This document shows positions 63,116-64,000 of a stretch of DNA of 64,000 nt, in pieces (position 1 is the stretch's first letter; the number at the start of each line of letters is the position of its first letter). Source of the stretch: Macrostomum hystrix (Eukaryota > Animalia > Platyhelminthes); contig CATNEN010000039.1 of NCBI GenBank assembly GCA_950097015.1, forward strand, positions 19,840,001 to 19,904,000. Direction: 5' to 3'. The notes beneath the pieces are model-generated. The model had not been told where the DNA came from. It was given only the letters and a program-made list of their open reading frames with translations, and ran no database searches. The translations under genes and the position numbers were made by a program.

Positions 63116-64000
63116 GGTCATAGAGTCTAGTTCCCTTCCGGTCATAGAGTCTAGTTCCCTTCCGGTCATAGAGTCTAGTTCCCTTCCGGTCATAGAGTCT
63201 AGTTCCCTTCAGGTCATAGAGTCTAGTTCCCTTCCGGTCATAGAGTCTAGTTCCCTTCAGGTCATAGAGTCTAGTTCCCTTCAGGTCATAAAGTCTAGTT
63301 CCCTTCAGGTCATAAAGTCTAGTTCCCTTCCGGTCATAGAGTCTAGTTCCCTTCCGGTCATAGAGTCTAGTTCCCTTCCGGTCATAAAGTCTAGTTCCCT
63401 TCCGGTCATAGAGTCTAGTTCCCTTCCGGTCATAGAGTCTAGTTCCCTTCCGGTCATAGAGTCTAGTTCCCTTCCGGTCATAAAGTCTAGTTCCCTTCCG
63501 GTCATAGAGTCTAGTTCCCTTCAGGTCATAGAGTCTAGTTCCCTTCCGGTCATAGAGTCTAGTTCCCTTCAGGTCATAGAGTCTAGTACCCTTCCGGTCA
63601 TAGAGTCTAGTTCCCTTCCGGTCATAAAGTCTAGTTCCCTTCCGGTCATAGAGTCTAGTTCCCTTCCGGTCATAAAGTCTAGTTCCCTTCCGGTCATAGA
63701 GTCTAGTTCCCTTCCGGTCATAGAGTCTAGTTCCCTTCAGGTCATAGAGTCTAGTTCCCTTCCGGTCATAGAGTCTAGTTCCCTTCAGGTCATAGAGTCT
63801 AGTTCCCTTCCGGTCATAGAGTCTAGTTCCCTTCCGGTCATAGAGTCTAGTTCCCTTCCGGTCATAGAGTCTAGTTCCCTTCCGGTCATAGAGTCTAGTT
63901 CCCTTCAGGTCATAGAGTCTAGTTCCCTTCAGGTCATAAAGTCTAGTTCCCTTCAGGTCATAAAGTCTAGTTCCCTTCCGGTCATAGAGTCTAGTTCCCT
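63116..64000. repeat. 24-bp minisatellite running off the window end
   Basis: Unit TAGAGTCTAGTTCCCTTCCGGTCA. Confidence 0.97.

Overview
Eukaryotic (animal) genomic DNA. The style (GC-richer exons with poly-Gln runs, AT-rich spacers, minisatellite-filled introns) suggests a free-living flatworm such as Macrostomum, but that is inference only. I reconstructed seven complete spliced housekeeping genes by hand: MED12, PRIM1, WDR36/UTP21, BORCS5, eEFSec, XPF/ERCC4 and NAGS. The first exon of an eighth gene follows. All eight are on the + strand, 0.8-4 kb apart, which suggests a trans-spliced polycistronic unit (operon). XPF has no obvious start codon: its conserved N-terminus begins in phase 0 right after a 3' splice acceptor, as expected if a flatworm spliced leader ending in AUG supplies the initiator Met. 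A recurring cassette (TTTTAG, 25 nt, TCTACT|GTAAGTA) lies in two intergenic spacers. About 26 of the 29 introns, and most spacers, each carry their own unrelated minisatellite (15-62 bp unit). Also present are a 5'-truncated RT+RNase H LINE inside MED12, a decayed RT in eEFSec, and tRNA-derived SINEs (one inverted pair, one apparently forming a splice acceptor). Most long ORFs in the supplied track are repeat artefacts. Repeat boundaries are approximate.
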